Shown: piece by piece, positions 13,801-25,787 of the stretch | Layout: the number at the start of each line of letters is the position of its first letter | Position numbering within the stretch: the stretch's first letter is position 1 | NCBI GenBank assembly: GCA_973895155.1 | Contig: OZ316897.1 | Span: forward strand, 16,181,375 to 16,245,374 | Length of the DNA stretch: 64,000 nucleotides | Source: Marsupella aquatica | Lineage: Eukaryota > Plantae > Marchantiophyta | Direction of reading: 5' to 3' | The notes under the pieces: model-generated | The model's database searches: none | What the model saw: only the letters and a program-made list of their open reading frames with translations | Told to the model about the DNA's origin: nothing | Program-made: the position numbers and the translations under genes

Positions 13801-14438
13801 TAGAAAACTTTATCCCTTCAGATTGAAATGTTGATCATCAAAATCCTTTGTGGGTGGGCGCGGGGGTGTTGGAAAACAACCGGAAACAAAATCATCATAC
13901 TTTGTTGGGGAACTCTAGGCTTCTGGTCTTGTATTGGGAAAAAAAGAATCTTCTGCTAGCAGCGCCAATTTTCTGTAACCAAGAGCAACACTTTAGTAAG
14001 AATATTTGGGGTTTGGTGATTTATTTGTCTTATCGAGCTTCTTGTTCCTTTTCACACTAATAAAAGAAATTTCGGACCCAAACAATCTGCTGATTAACTA
14101 AGGACTCGTGAAACAATCATTGCTATTTTGTCGTATTTATCTAAAATTAGAATTCGAGATATCACAATGATTTGGGAAAGATTTAGGGTGCAGCTAACGA
14201 AAAATGGCATGATGATAGCACATGACACTATCTATGGTATAGCAGCTAAATACTTTATCTAGGTGCCTACGAAAGGAAGAGGTCATCGCTTTAGGACGAT
14301 ATAATGAGTATATTGTGTTTTCCCTTACCGTTCTGATTGTGTGAAACTGAAAGACTAAAGTGGCTAAAGTAACCCTGGAGAAAATGCCAAAAACCAACGA
14401 GAAAACCTAACACATCAAGATTAGGCTTGATAACGGAA

Positions 14439-14584
14439 ATGACAATTTCATAGTGGCAGACAAATCAAAAAGACAAGGAGCTATAAGATAACTGACTTTG
14501 TTGCATGAGTAGTGACAATTACATAGTGGCAAACAAATGAACAAGACAAGGGGCTATGAGATAACTGACTTTGTTGCATGAGTA
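14439..14584. repeat. Tandem duplication of ~74 bp
   Basis: TGACAATT.CATAGTGGCA.ACAAAT.AA.AAGACAAGG.GCTAT.AGATAACTGACTTTGTTGCATGAGTA twice. Confidence 0.85.
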
Positions 14585-16197
14585 CATCTTGTATTGGCAT
14601 TTTTTTCCAGGTGCCAGCAGGAAAAGTGGTGGGATATAGAGGGAGATCCCAGCTAACATCAAGGCTCAGAGCACACCCAAAGTCTCATAGGATTTCCACC
14701 GAGCCACCCTTGGAAACGAAGATATGTAAAATGGGGTGCAACATGGAGAAGATTTCCCATAGGATTTTCACCTAGCCCACCCTTGGGGTCCATAAAGTTA
14801 ATAGAATGGGGTGCAAGAATGATGGAGAAGGAGAGGTGCAATAGGAGATCTGTTATGACTAGCATGAATGCCCATTCTTTGAATGTGCACAAAATGAAGA
14901 CAAAAATTATCATCCATGTTTGTTATTTTGACATACATAACATCACATCTTTCTTTGCATGCACTTAAATTTGTTGGGGCCCTAGGAATTACAGTGTAGA
15001 TGCTTCACTCTAGAAACCTAGCCCTCGAGTCTAGCTTCTGTTTGTGATTTACTAGTAAGATGAGGGTAGCTACAGTAGTTAGTTAGAATAGTTGACTGTA
15101 GGAGATCAACTGGTAGGCTTGGGGCTTTAGTGACACAGCAGATTGACTGGCCTTCAATTCAGTCTCACAGGTGTAGTTTAGCAGAGCTCTATGTGTTCCT
15201 GTGGCTGTTTGCATGACCATGCACATGACTAGTCAACAAACAGATTGGCTTGGCTACCCACCCCGCTAACCATGATTCAAATTTTGCGTTTGCTGACCTC
15301 TAGTTTGAATGCCATCTCTCCATAATTTGGGTTGGAAAAAGTGTTTCAAATTTTCTTGTTGTTTTGATCTTCCAGATTGCCCTACAGAACACATTGCAGG
15401 ATAGAGAAGGTTGGTTTGGGTAGGCCATCTTGTGTTGCAGACGGGCTTGTGGGATGGGTCAAACATGCATTGCCCACCCTATTGCTCACTGCTGCCATGC
15501 ACCTTAAGCCCAGTTAGATGTTTTTCCCCACCTGAGGGGTCCTGGCCAGCATGTTTTTTTATAGCGACAGAAGTAGGCAGATTCCACCTCTCTCCTGGGC
15601 CAATTTTGGCTCAAAGCTATTAGTTTTTTTTCCCTTCCTCTGGCTTGAATGCCCATTCTTTGAATATTTGTAGGAATGATTACCCATCACTTTTCATTTG
15701 TGAAAATTTAGGTGGGGCCCTAGAGTCATGGTCTAGAGTCTAGTTTTTGTTTGCAATTTAATATTAAGATTCACTGTAGAAACCTGGTCCCCAACTCTAG
15801 CTGTTGTTTAGTATTTAATAGTAAGTTTACCCAGAATCTGCCTATTCTTAAATCTAGAAGATCTTAGGGTCAGAAATGAATATATGAAAACTAGATGAGG
15901 CATATGCTGAGCATTTTCCTCACACAAGGTGACACTTGCCACATTGGGCAAAAAGAAAATCTCGAAAATTACGCTATTAGAGAGTTGTTTCCCCTTCCAA
16001 AAACCAAAAGGAAGAACGAAAAAAAGCCAATAAGCCAAGTTTGGGTGAAATCGTGTAACGCCTTAATCGCATCCGAAACATGTGGTTTGAAACTACTAAT
16101 GTGATCCACTTTAAGAAAACAAAATTAGTAGTAAAATTATTTAGGGGGAAAATTTGGGAAGATGTGGGACGTGTTTACCAATGAACTGAGCTTGTCC

Positions 16198-16284
16198 ATG
16201 ATGTATGCTATGCTCGTACCACGACTTTTTGATTTGGCACCACGAATTTAAGAACTCTCGTGGTACGAGCCTAACATAAATCAT
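16198..16284. repeat. Foldback inverted repeat (~90 nt hairpin)
   Basis: ATGATGTATGCTATGCTCGTACCACGA pairs with TCGTGGTACGAGCCTAACATAAATCAT (24/27), and imperfect pairing continues toward a ~9 nt loop. Confidence 0.8.
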
Positions 16285-19200
16285 CATGACCACATGAAAT
16301 CATGACCCATTATCTTGAAGTAAGATTTTAAGAAAAACACAGCCAATGATGGTTCTGGTCTGGTCCGTTAAATTATCTTAACCCAGGTTTTATCTGGACA
16401 GGGAGTCGGAAGCCAATTGGAGCAACTTAAATAGTCAATTTCTACAGTACCCCAAGGTTATAATTATCCATGAAAGTCGCCGACCAGGTATGCCGCTGTT
16501 CCCTACTATAGTTACAACGTGAGAGGGCCCTTCGGCCCTTCACCGTGCGAGAACGCAGACGGCGGCCAGGACGGTGCGATTCTGATCCGACGGCGCTGAC
16601 TGACTGGTCGTCCTGAGCAGTCGTGTGGGCCCTGGCTGGGCAGTAGGGACACGGAGTGATCAGACATGTGTGCGCCGTCTGCGTCTCAACGGGCCCCACG
16701 CCGCCGCAGTCATGGACGGGAGTGGGGGTGGCGGACTACCATTCCCTCACTTGGTACTACTCCTCTACAGTACGCGTGCCTCGACGGAGCCGTCGGAGCG
16801 CGCAGTCCCGCGAAGCAGTCGGGGATCGACGGAGCGCGCAGTCCTGCGCAGCATGATCCCAGTCGCGGAGCGACGGACCGTTCGGGATCGGGTCTCGTGA
16901 AGCCTTACTAAATAATAATGATAATAAAAGTCTCTGTTGAATAGAGATCATGGGTGTGCAGGGTTCTCCGCGTCTGCATGAACGAGAGCAGTATTAAATA
17001 ATGAGTATTATGATGTATACGTGCTGAAGCATTTGCTTACCATATTGGACTTACTTCCGGTGGGGCCCCCTCGTTTGCATGGGTTCTGTAGCCCTCTATT
17101 ATTCCTGACATTTTGTTGATAATAAAGTAAAGCTTCAAATTATTATGATTTAGTTGCTACTCTAGACATTGTTTACGCATTTATTTCAAATGACAAACAG
17201 AAAGAAAGGGATTTCTGATGTCTTTCCAGGCTATTTTTATGTTTGTATTTAGAGTTTTTTTAATCCTTTCGTCTGTTCCACACGTTCAATCCAGGAGCAG
17301 ACATAGGTTAGGGCTAGGTGGAAGCACAGGGTTCAATGTTCAAACCCTGGGCCCGATTATACGTTACATTAATCGTGAATGGATGCATGGATCGGCTTGG
17401 TAAGGGGGCCACGTTAAAGCACACTGGTGGGTGGGACCTTTCATGTGAGTTTGTAGGGGGCAACGACTCCTTTGTGGGATCACGAGGCATGGCCAACCAG
17501 CTAGGGCCACCACCCCACCATAATAGAAACAGTTGAATAATGATAAAAAGGCTACAGGAGAGAGACGTCATAGCCTTCCCTTTTATTGACTAAGCTCTTA
17601 GACTGCTCGTCCTAGGGCCATCTCAGAAATGGCTTTGTCAAAAGTGCATCTGGACGCTAGAACCATTTCTGATGAGAACTTGCATGACATCATCCCAAAC
17701 TAGGGAGAGGATCGTAACCTCAAAACGGTGGGTGGGAACGTTATATGAGCCCAACAAGGGTAGATAAATTCTATTACCCCAACAAGGTAATTATACGCTT
17801 CCCAGTGAAGTCTGCAGTAAAGAAATCCAAAGTTACGCCAGGGTGGTGGATAATACTTCGTGTCAACGAGGAGATGTTAGGAACCTTCCTATCCAAATTT
17901 ACTAGATTTATTTCTGATCGTTAGATCACCTGAGATAACAGGAGAAGCTTCCGGCCATTGGGTCTTGTGGGTTGGTGCTAAACTGCTAAACTGGCTGATG
18001 GGACCCCAAATATCTGGCAATGTTTTGCCTTAAAAAAATGCTGATTGTGTGAAATCTTGAAATAGGAATGACCCATTTGTGTGTCTCAGCGATGCCACGA
18101 TGTCATCTTAACTTTGACACGCTTGGAGAGGACAAAATTGAGCAATAGGAAACTCCCCAACTATTATCAAAAGGATGGGAAAGGAAAAAAAACCTTGCCT
18201 AGAAATTGAAATATGAGAGAAATAGAATTCACATCCAGAGTAAGAAAACTCAGCGGCGGAGGCAAACCGCGATGGTAAAATCCAAACTCTCCCGACCGCC
18301 CTTCATTCCTCCTCGCGGTGCGGTCAAACGAGTGCGGCCCCAAATGAAGCGACGGCGGTGGCGTAGCGACGCCAACAGTCAGGGACTCGCGGAACGACGG
18401 CGGGCCAGGCCAGGCCGGGCCGTCAGCCGTCGCCCGGGCCAAGGGAAGACGGGCCTAGTCTCATCATGACTACCTCGGCGGATCGTGTTTAGGCGCTAAA
18501 GCGGGGGAAGCCTTTATGACCGTAGCACGGATTAATCTTGACTAAAATCTGATCTTGACTAATCACTTATACGGTAGGCTTTTCCTCAGGTCTAAAGTCA
18601 GGCTTCCGGGACGACGTATACATGCACAGGCTATTAAAATAATTGTATGGAAAATTGCTTTCTGCACTTTTTGATAAAAGTGTTTTTTAGGGAGCACATA
18701 CCAGACTCCTCTAGTTCTCAAATTACACGATTCACCTTGATATCATAGCACCTGTGTGTGACTTAATTTGTTCATAGGTCAACATAAAACTATGGGTATT
18801 GCAGAGGACCATCTGAGTAGGGCAATGGAGGTGCTGTGTTTGAAACCCTTGGAGGCACAATCCATCTGACACAAAATCTCACCCAAACCTCACCCCAAGG
18901 TAGGGTTCAGATGAAGCTCTTGACACTTAAGAAGAAAAACAATTGATAATCATTGTCCCGCCAAATTAATTTTAGGGACTACATGGCCACTTGCCTGCAC
19001 TCAACCATTAGGGGGCCTCAAATATCAGAATGGAGGAGATTTGTGAGCTCCTGAGTTAAGTTCAGGTGGAAGTGGCCCAAAAATGTGTGGGACACGCACC
19101 CTCAGGCTAGCCCGCACATTCCTCCCTCAATGTTTCTCAACCCCCGGATGGAGGTCACCACAGGCCAAGTGTGAACCCACAGGCCAAGCTTCATTTACTC

Positions 19201-19807
19201 TCTCTTCTGTGTATGCTGAGAGCATTCTTGTGCTAAATGGTCACCATCGCAACTAGTTTCTCCATCCGGAAGTCACACATATGGGCCTAAACAACTTGAG
19301 GTGTTCAAATTCCTTGCTGCTGTTAAGCTTGTCCACAACCTCCCTGGAACATGGAGACCCCCTACTAGGGAGACTCAAGTATTGAAAAGAAAAACCCACT
19401 TCATGGGTGTCCCGCACTGCACTCGGGCGCACCAAAACTAGGTATAGCCGGGCTGTATTAGGTTTGGACTTTTCATATTTGAGAGGGGTTGCAAGAGTGT
19501 GTGAAAATGGCAACCTGAATCAATGAACCCATTGAAATGGGTCTCCTCATATGAGTAGGCCCTCCGTTTTGGTCAGGAGTCCAGGGCGTGACTCGTCGAA
19601 CTTCACATTCTATGTCTAAACAGTCCTTTCCACTGCCCAAGGCCACCATGAAAATTCATAGTATTTGAGACGCCCTAATGATACAATTATGCGCAGTAGT
19701 CTATACGTTAGTTCTGCTAGGGGCAGGGTCCACCAGCCCATTACGGCGTTCCGAATACGTGGTCCGTTGTCTACGGGTACTCTACGGTAGTCGTCTACGG
19801 TTGGATG

Positions 19808-19872
19808 CGAGCGAGAGAATGCGAGAGAGAGCGAGAGAGAGCGAGAGAGAGAGAGAGAGACAGAGATAGAGG
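19808..19872 (+). promoter_or_regulatory. GA-rich microsatellite (GAGA element) upstream of the DUF1635 transcription unit
   Basis: (GA)n run interrupted by GC. Followed by a TATA-like TTTATAGA at ~19983 and a pyrimidine patch at ~20010. (GA)n elements are known BBR/BPC sites in plants. Confidence 0.55.
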
Positions 19873-22039
19873 AGATCTTCTTCTTCCGTTTCTCGAGAAC
19901 CTTTCTGAGGCGATCTCTCGATCGGAATCCACTTCGTCGCGGCCCACCCGACGGAAGCCCTGTCCGACAAAATGCCCGGAGGTTTATAGACAACAACGGC
20001 GCCCACAGCAATCTTTCTTTCATTCCTTCTTTCATTCATTGATTTTCCTCCGCATTGGTGTGTGTGACTATGTGGGTCTGGTCTGTGGGAGTCCGAGAGT
20101 GAGTAAGCACCTTGCACCTTGCACCTTGCAAAGTGGAGGAGCAGCTGAAGAAATGATCAGAATCATCACAACCACGACGACGACGACGACGACGAGAGCA
20201 TCTTTGATGCTTTCGTTCTTTCGTGTTTTCATTCATTCATTTGCCCGTGCATAGGGGAGTGTGTGGGGTGAGTGAGTGGCTTTTGCAAAGCGGAGGAGCA
20301 GCTGCAGAAATTAACAGAATCATCGCTACTACTTTTCTTCTACCGGAGCAGCAGGGAGGAGGATTGGAGGAGTACACTACGCGCGGAAACTTCGCTTACC
20401 GTCGCACCATCGCGTGGGGAGGTTGGTGGTGAGCGAGGGAGTGAGAGGGTGGGAAGGGGCATGGCAAGTAAGGCAAATGCAGGAAGGAGGAGCGAGTGAA
20501 AGGTCAGGGAGGTAGAGGAGGAGGAAGCAATGTGGATTGTGCGATGAAGGTGGTGTGATCTATTACTTGCTACTTCTAGTACTCCTGCTGGTACTGTGCT
20601 CCTTCGAACGTCAAGCTGCTGCTGCTGCTCATCCTGCTGCTCGTGCGAGTATCGCGGGAGGTCTAATCTCCCACGACGAGTTCGCTCATCGTCCGCTTCC
20701 GCTGCAATCGATCGAGCACGATGTTGATCATGAGAATCGCGGAGAAGTAACAAGTTCCGACGGAGAGGGAAAGGGAAGGAGAGAGGAGAGAGAAGGAGTG
20801 CTACTCACTCGACAGGGGCAATAATAGTCTCAACGCGTGGACGCAGGGGATTGGAGGGAGGAGGAAGCATATGAATGAATGCGGAGGAGGATCATCTTCG
20901 TGTTCGAGTTGTCGCACAGAGGACAGAAGTGCTCAGCATTGCTGCCCCTGGAGGTTATTTGTGTTGGTCGGTGGCACTCAAAATTGTTTGGCGTGCGAGG
21001 GAGACGAGGAGGAGGCAGGCAGACAGCCTTCACTGTAGTGTACTAGTCCGACAGAGGGGAGGATTGACTTGCGGCCGAGAGACCAGCTTAGATAAAAACT
21101 GTTGGGAATAACGAGCGTTCTATCCGCTAAAGGTCTTTATAATCATGCGTTGTACTCACGCAAAGCGAAGCGCTTGACATTGGTATTCGTCTCTCGTGTT
21201 CGCGGGGCCCCCTTGGTGAGTCTGGGAGAGTGGTACCGGAGGTCGTAGAGTTCCAATTTGGTGTTCTTGGAGGGAACAGACGGCGAAGGGAAATCGAGAA
21301 ACAGAGCTGGACATAGGGAGGTAGGGAGATGGGGGCCTCCGGCTCGTTGCGTTTGGAGCGGAAGCTGTAATGTCTGCAGATGGAGCTCCACAGTAGAAGG
21401 CACCTCCCCAACATTGCCGTGTCTCATACAGGAAGATATGGATCGCAACCGCCGCCCCTCCCAACTCGCCTTCCGAACTTGCGTCCTCTGTGACCACTTC
21501 CGGTCTGTTGGCTTCCTTCTACTCTCGCACGGACTCCACTCAAAGAACGCAGTGTGATCAATGTCAGGGAGGCCTTCCGTGCCCCGTTTCAATCCTCGTC
21601 CATCTGTTGCAGGGGCAGCAGCCGGTGGTCAGCGACAGGTTTGGTTGCGAGCTGCCACCAGGAGCAGTGACTCCAGGAAACAGGTTGGCTTCTTTCCAGA
21701 GTAGGAGAGAGAGCAGAAGACGAGGGCGGGCCGCGAAACGAGCGGAGGGTTAATGAGGAGCACTAGAAGAGGAGGAAAATGATGGATAATTCTGGATTAG
21801 ATGAGATGCCGGCAGCAGAAATGGCACGAAAAATTTGTTTCGGGGAGTAGACGATAAAGAGGTGGTAACAATGGAGGTGCTACTTTCTAGAACATTTTGG
21901 GGGCCTGGGTGGGGTGGTGTTGCTTCGACGGATGTAGTGGAGTCACGAGGTTGAAAAACACTGCGTCTGAGTGAGCCTAGGAAGTGTTTAAGTACATCCC
22001 TGTCGTTTGAAGATAGTGGTTTGGCGTAACAGCAAGGCA

Positions 22040-24760
22040 ATGGAGGAAACTATGACTTCGATTGATGGCGGCATAAATACTACTGCAGGCGCTCATTTTT
22101 ATCAAGGACAGGTATTTTTTCTCCTGCCTCTGCCTGCTGTGATTGGAATTATCAGCTGGGGGCGGTGTGATCGTGTTTGGGATCGAGTTGGTCTTTCATG
22201 TGCGTCTACCGACCTCTCTGTGTTTGTGGGCCAGTTCCTTTCATAGTAACAGATTTCTCCCTGAAAAGTCCTGGGGACTTCCCAAGTTGCATCTTCCAAT
22301 TTCGCTCTCATTCAACTCTTCACTTCGACTTTATCCAGTATACCTTTACCCAATGCCCTTAATTTTGACAATTTAGATGAAAATTCTTCACGAATCCTCA
22401 TGTCTCTCATGCAATGGGAGGTACTGCATGGTGATGATCCTCACTCTCTACCTTAGCATCAATCCTTTCTATTCCTATCTTTGCCTATGGTATGCCTGCG
22501 TTTTAACGACTCTCGTTTCCCCACCTTAGTGTGATTGCCGATTCCACTCATGTTCCTGCATGCACTTGTTCCCCAGCTCAAAAGGTCTCTCAGACCGAGC
22601 GAAGGGTTAGTAAGTCTATATGGGATTTACTCTAGTCTCTCATTTCCCGTACGGTACTGTACACTTGCACCGGTCCATCCAAGGTACGGGAATATGGCCT
22701 GGATGTTGTAACACATATGGCCTTCGCTAGCAACTTCTCACCTCACACTCACTGACTTCCGTGTCGACGCAGCCTGCAGCCTTTTCCCTGTCCCCTTCCT
22801 ATCTTTTCATATGCCACTTTTGTTCGTTCCTTGTTCTTGACGTGTTTGTTATTGCCGTGTAGTGCGCTTGGACCAGGTCCAACGTCTCGTCTTAGTGTCA
22901 GTTCGTGAAAGCACATGCGAGCATAACAGCGAGTTGTGGTGGATTAGCAATGGCCTGAATTGGATCATAAGTCTTTTCGTAAAAGTTGCTCGTGAGCTCT
23001 CACCTTTAAGCTCCTCTTATCTCCTCTGAAGTCCCGGCCACTAAGTATGTCCTTTCTTTTTGTTTGTCTTGTTTATGCAGAGTTTCGAAGAGCTGAAACA
23101 GCTCCTGGTTTGTGCTTCTATGGAGCTGAAGTCTCAACGTGACGCAACAAAAGCTCAAGAACTGTTGCATGAGGCACGGGTGAGGCACTTGGAAGAACAA
23201 TTGAAGACTGCACGAAGGGAAAGAGATGAATTTAGGGAACAATGCATACAAATGAAAGGACGATTGTTATCAAACTCACGAAGCATGGGGTCTGGATTGA
23301 GTCAGGAGCCCCAACTAAGGACTCGCTCAGGACTTCAGCCTCTGGAATCTGTTGCATCGATGACAGAACCATCCAGAGCCACCCTCACAGAAGTGCACAG
23401 AAAATTGCAGCTGGAGTACGTCTCGTCTATGACTGAACCCACAAGAGACACGCTCACTGAGGTTCACAGGAAAATGCAAGAGCAGCAGCAGCAGCAGCAG
23501 CTGGAGTTGCAACAGTTGGATATGCAGCAGCTCCAGCATCACATGGACTTGCAGCACCAGCACAGCAACCATTCACAACTCGATTTGAGACCGTCCCCGG
23601 CTGCTTCACATATTGAGTTCCAGTCCCAGCATCACCAACTTGAGGAGCTTCGCCAACATTTTGAGATCCAGCCAAAGGATCATTTGCAAGGCCAACAACA
23701 GCTTCATATGGATATGGTTATGACTGAAAGACAAGCAGAAGTTTCCCATAGTGGTGACGTTGACAACGGTAGTGACGCAAAAAGTACAACGTGGAACGAG
23801 TTTCCTTCCGGTGTCCACATGGATATTCATTCGTCAAATGGAGAGTGCCTGATCCTTGAAAGTCCTGAGCACATGCACATTAGCAAGATGACACAAGGAT
23901 TGCCCACTCCCCATGTTGAGCAACGTTCATCCCCACATTTGGATGATATTCAGCAACAGTTGCAGCAACAACAGCATCCGCAAGACGACAACATGCAGAT
24001 TCATCTTCAGCAGCAGCAGCAGCAAGAATCAGAGGAGATACTGTCACACATGCAGCAAGGACAGACGGCTGACGCTCACGCCCACGCCCTACATTTGCAG
24101 GGTGAGCAGAAATTGCGCCGTCAGCTCTCAAAACGCCAGCTGGATGTACTTGGGACTCCAATCTCTGGAGGTGGTTTACAAGGGACTAATGATGTTGTGA
24201 TGAATATTCCCGTTTTACAGCAGCAGCAGCTAAACGTCCCTTGGCCTACTGGATTGATGGGTCTTACCTCCTCAGCTCCACATTCCAATGGTCCCAACGG
24301 AATTTCAGAACAGCTCTTGCAAAACTCTTGTCTACAAGGCGGGTCTGTGGTGGCATCTATTCTCAGCCCCCTGGAAAGATTTGGGGATTCCACCTCCAGT
24401 TCAATGCTCCTTCCTCGGCCTGTCCATCTTCCAGAGCCTCCTGAAGCAGATCCTCAAGTCATGTTGAACTCACTTCCAGAGAAGGGGAAGCTCTTACAAG
24501 CTGTGATACAGGCAGGACCACTGTTGCAGTCGCTTCTCTTGGCGGGTCCGCTCCCACAGTGGAGACATCCACCACCTCCATTAGATCCAGAGGAAATCCC
24601 TCGGGTGTCTATGGGTGCAACTGTGGGCATCTTGCCGCCTGGGGAGCAAGGCATCGGGGGTCTCATGCCTAGTCATGGAAGTGCCAGTAGCTTGGAGCAG
24701 GTGATGCGTCTATCCGCGCCGCTACAGTCCAGCCCTTCACAAAATGGGTTCTGTCATTAG
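22040..24760 (+). CDS. DUF1635-family protein with a large Gln/His-rich insert; exons 22040-22111 and 23081-24760; 583 aa
   Basis: Exon 1 MEETMTSIDGGINTTAGAHFYQGQ ends CAG|GTATTT. Acceptor TTTATGCAG|AGT at 23081, phase 0. N-terminal coiled coil SFEELKQLLVCASMEL..ARRERDE and C-terminal LPEKGKLLQAVIQAGPLLQSLLLAGPLPQWRHPPP match plant DUF1635 proteins. Confidence 0.85.
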
Positions 24761-25436
24761 GACCGTGAAATACCACACCATTGGCCATTCCATTGCGCCA
24801 ACCACAGTGTCCATCCATCCAGTGTAATCTACCAAGGTAATCGTCACTGTCTCGGAAATCAGTAGAGAGCCAGCCTCCACCGAGACAACATTCACCTATG
24901 TATTTACAGGATTTCATATTCGAGAATACTTGTACATGTAACACCATCCTCTGCAACTATTGACTTAAGAAAGATTCACACAGTTGAATATATACACAGC
25001 AATGTCGCGTTTGACATCATCTGCTGCACGACAGCTAAATTGGTGTTGTCGTGAACTGTTCGTTTGGTTCTTCCGATACAAAGTGTGCGGCATTCTATAT
25101 GGATCAGAATCATTTGTAATTCGCTTCTATGTGTAATACAGTTTCAGAACAGCATGGAATCTTCATGATAGGGAGCAACACTGTTCATTGTGCCATTCAG
25201 CTCAAGGTAGGGTAGGGCATGCCATTGGGATGCTCTCCGCTGACATCCAAGAGTGTGAAGCTTCTTGACCCACCCCAGACCTTTCGTCCCGTCATAAGAA
25301 GTCGACGCTGCAGAGGCATAACAAACTGTTTGGACTGTTCTCGGGATTCTGGACGAAAGTTATTTATAGCTTCCAATTGGCTCTTGCCGTTCGATGCTGT
25401 CCATTATCGTGTTGCCCATTGCATACAGAACGTGAA

Positions 25437-25590
25437 GACATGGTGTGTGTTTTCACATTCTTGAATGCTACCTGCAGTGCACAAATGTTTCACATTCTTG
25501 AGACATGGTGTGTCTTCACATTCTTGAAGCTACCTGCAGTGCACAAATGTTTCACATTCTTGAACGCGACCTACAGTGCACAAATGTGCA
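25437..25590. repeat. Short composite tandem repeats
   Basis: TTCACATTCTTGA, CTACCTGCAGTGCACAAATGT and GACATGGTGTGT units repeated 2-4 times. Confidence 0.8.
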
Positions 25591-25787
25591 TAAGGGTAGA
25601 GTTTGCTCAACTTTAGTTGACCCAGCAAGCAGAGCCAAGCAGTAGCAACGTTCAATGCAGCAAGTTAATAAGTTTAAGCCTTATTAGTAGGCCAACTTTT
25701 GCACTACCCTATTCTAAAAGTGAGGGTCACCAAAGTCCATAGCACACAACAGACTATGGGAAACCCCAATGCTAAAGTGGAGTTCAA

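Noticed and set aside
20108-20130. GCACCTTGCACCTTGCACCTTGCA resembling miR530/miR1030
   Set aside because: It is a 7-mer tandem repeat, does not match the mature sequence, and has no complementary arm nearby.
20537-20824. ORF with a signal-peptide-like stretch (small secreted peptide?)
   Set aside because: No in-frame ATG (TTG start, upstream stop). The hydrophobic run derives from CTG/CTA microsatellite-like sequence, and there is no CLE/RALF/EPF motif.
23060-23080. ORF-track start (TTG) for the DUF1635 protein
   Set aside because: It lies in the polypyrimidine tract of the intron acceptor. The true start is most likely exon 1 at 22040.
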